From Hydrolagus affinis (Eukaryota), in assembly GCA_012026655.1 (NCBI GenBank), contig JAAILG010001610.1, forward strand, positions 1 through 64,000: a stretch of 64,000 nt of DNA, in the 5' to 3' direction. Below the pieces are notes generated by a model that had not been told where the DNA came from, searched no databases, and worked only from the letters and a program-made list of their open reading frames with translations. Of this stretch, positions 61,411 to 64,000 are shown in pieces (within the stretch, counting starts at the first letter, position 1; each line of letters begins with the position of its first letter). Position numbers and translations under genes: made by a program.

Positions 61411-62114
61411 AGAAGTGTTTAAAGGCACCTCCAACAATAAAGCATATCCTTAGTGCAGCATTGGAGTGTCAGCTCAGACAATTCCTGCAGTCAGTTGTAT
61501 GAAGTTCCTTGAGCTATCCTCCTGACTTGAAAGGTATCAATGTAAATAGTCATCAACTGTGACTGCCTCAAAAATATCCACTAATTAAACTTCACCGAAG
61601 CTTTACACGTCCATATTGAATCTGATTTTAAAAATGTAATTTGCTATATAAATGCAAGTTGTTGTTGTTGTATGTGTTCGGTTACTCCTTGCCTGTTGAT
61701 ACAGCAGAGGTTTAGGTCATCACAGGGAAAAAATAACTCAAGTACTTTAAATGGAACAATTTTTTTCCCTGAAATTCAAAAATAGTAGGAAAAAGATAGG
61801 AGGAAAATATCAACAAATGCTTGTACATACCGCTGAACAAAGAAACTCTTTGTAAGTTAATGGAATAAGTTGTTTAAGGGGAAGTGTGGTATAGGACCGG
61901 GTGCAGGATTTATTAATAAACAACTTAAATCTGTAAATATATCAAGGGTTGTTGGTATTTCTGGAAAGATGAGATCAGATAGAGTCAATTTCTTATGACA
62001 TTTTCTCAAACATTTAGAACTTGCCCCAGGATGGTCACGTTTAAGACATTGGAGTGAAGATCTACTGTGAAGAGTTTGCATGGGTTTGAATTACATCTGG
62101 TAACAAAGATTTAA

Positions 62115-62375
62115 AGTGTCAGCTAGGCTTAGTAGGTAGCATTCTCTCCTCTGCTTCAAACCTGATCTCAGGACTTTGATCTCATAGTCTAGGCTGACAC
62201 TCTACTACACACAGCCGATGGAGCATTAACTTTTGGTGTGCATTAAACCAAAGTCCTTTGGTACAATTCAAAAGAGACGGTGGTGTCCTGGTCACACAGA
62301 AAAAAATGGTCATTCACTTCAAGGCTGTTTGTGAGACTTTACAGGCAGAACTATATATCGAAAGCAAGGATTATG
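62115..62375 (+). mobile_element. Degenerate DeuSINE-like element
   Basis: GGCTTAGTAGGTAGCATTCTCTCCTCTG...CTAGGCTGACACTC...TTAAACCAAAG...GTCCTGGTCA...GCTGTTTGTGAG. Confidence 0.55.
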
Positions 62376-62493
62376 ATAACCTCCTACCCAAAAGATTAAG
62401 TGGAAAACTTTCTCAAAGCAACTGCACAGAAAGCTATAACAATGTCATCTGAAATGAAAAATGCACATGTACAATGTATAGAAAAAAAATGGG

Positions 62494-62499
62494 TTTATT
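62494..62499 (-). terminator. TCERG1 polyadenylation signal
   Basis: AATAAA on the minus strand about 450 nt after the stop, followed by U-rich sequence; transposon remnants begin just beyond. Confidence 0.7.
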
Positions 62500-62945
62500 G
62501 CAGTAAACATTTCACCTAGGCAACATTTCCAACATCTTATTTAATAAAGTCACTTTGGAAACTTACATTTAAACACAAGTAAAAGTTTAAATGTTACAAA
62601 CAACCCCCTTTCTGGGTTCAGTGACTGACTTGGAAAATTATTGGTAACTAAACACTAAGATTTTTTTTTTACAGAGTTGCTGTTGCACAGCCATTGGACT
62701 GTACTAATGACCAAACCACACTTACTACATCAGCTGTACTTCCGTACTTCTGTACTTTTACACAACTGAATGATGAGTCAAAGCTTCCACTTCAACAGGA
62801 CAACAAGCTGGTACAAATGTGTCCATATTATATACAAAACTGGACAAAGCAGACACATTAATACTGCACACGTTGATAAGTCTGGCAGATGCTCATGCAC
62901 TAGTCTCAGTTGAAGGGCAGGCTGCTCATGCTCTACGTGTCGATG

Positions 62946-63147
62946 TTACTTGAGTGAGCGCCTGGTGGGCTCCGATGCTGTGGGAGGTGGAGGTGGGCCT
63001 CTCCGATCCAGATCATCAATGTAGGCCATAATGAGTTTACGTCTCTCCTCAGGCACACACTCCAACACCAGGTAACGCTTGTCGTTCTGCAGGATCCTTT
63101 CTATGTCTTTCAGGTGCTGATCTGACTCATGCAGTAACTTTTTTGAT
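62946..63147 (-). CDS. TCERG1: Transcription elongation regulator 1, last coding exon (end of final FF domain)
   Basis: ttttttcccag| acceptor; SKKLLHESDQHLKDIERILQNDKRYLVLECVPEERRKLIMAYIDDLDRRGPPPPPTASEPTRRSLK* matches the TCERG1 C-terminus. Confidence 0.96.
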
Positions 63148-63991
63148 CTGGGAAAAAATATATACATTTTGAGTTAACGCAAAGAATTTATCTCTTTAGA
63201 TATGTAGGCACAATTAATCTCATTTTCTTTTTCCATTTCACCACAACTATTCTCTCAAACTGAATCTTTAGAAAGTAGCCAAGTCTATACTGAAGCAAGC
63301 AGTTATTAAAAAAAAGTATACATGTGCACACACACACACACGCGCGTAAATGCCAAATAACTGAACTTGGCAGATAATCTTGCAGCTTGTTGTTCTTGCA
63401 GTAACTGGACAGTAACACCCAGAACGTGGGAATGAGGCACCTCAATTCTGAACTACAGTAGAATTCTATAATAAGGTGATGTTCAACCACCGTAACAGGG
63501 CAATGGTTGGTCAGACAGAGTTCCTGTATTCACTGTATTCACTAAGCATTCACAGAAAGCAAGTTGGCTGCCTCTGCATTGAATGGTTTCCGGCACTAAA
63601 AAAAAACAAGGTTTGGGTCATCCGATCAACACCAAAGTATCCTCCTGCGTGCTGGGGGAACTGGGTTCTAATGAACAATTTATTTTGCATGTAAAAAAAA
63701 TTATGTCCGAATACTTAACAAAGGGTAACAGAATTAAGTTGCAGACTTATAATGGCACTCACTCGCCCCCAATCCATAACTCAAAATACCAATTCATAAA
63801 AGACTCTAGAAATGTATTCAAACCAAGAGATACACATGCAAATTTGGCAAGCTTTACTGAAGTTGAATGCTACTTCTAATGCCACTTCTGTCAGTCAGTG
63901 GATTAAATTCATCTAACACGGGTGGTTATTCAATAGGAACCTGACAAATGATTAGTTGTCATGACAGTGGGTGGCAGCAAATGCTACTTAC

Positions 63992-64000
63992 CTGTAAGTG
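63992..64000 (-). CDS. TCERG1: 3' end of TCERG1 penultimate exon (cut by window edge)
   Basis: Minus strand C ACT TAC AG|gtaagt gives T-Y-R in phase with the last exon (…ITYR-SKKL…). Confidence 0.85.

Noticed and set aside
63350-63560. Intronic snoRNA in TCERG1
   Set aside because: Only short hairpins; no convincing C/D or H/ACA box arrangement.

Overview
Vertebrate genomic DNA, most likely a cartilaginous fish (chimaera/shark-type repeat landscape; this is inference). It contains the last three coding exons of PPP2R2B (+), the intronless GPCR gene GPR151 (+) and the 3' end of TCERG1 (-). This is the same order and orientation as the human 5q32 block. The rest is intron and intergenic DNA dense in retroelements: two L2-type LINE families with (TTG)n tails, CR1 fragments, a young tRNA-headed SINE with an (ATT)n tail, older DeuSINE/SacSINE1-like copies, Penelope-like elements (PLEs), two Tigger/pogo-like MITEs and one hAT-like end. 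Highlights: minimal type I hammerhead ribozyme motifs in the PLE terminal repeats; a palindromic mini-PLE whose junction lies at the ribozyme; a covarying 3' stem-loop shared by three retroposon families; recurrent tail-only L2 insertions; a mosaic CORE-like/Deu-like SINE; and RE1/REST, POU4F-like and divergent CTCF motifs upstream of GPR151. All calls were made by eye, repeat boundaries are approximate, and no database search was run.
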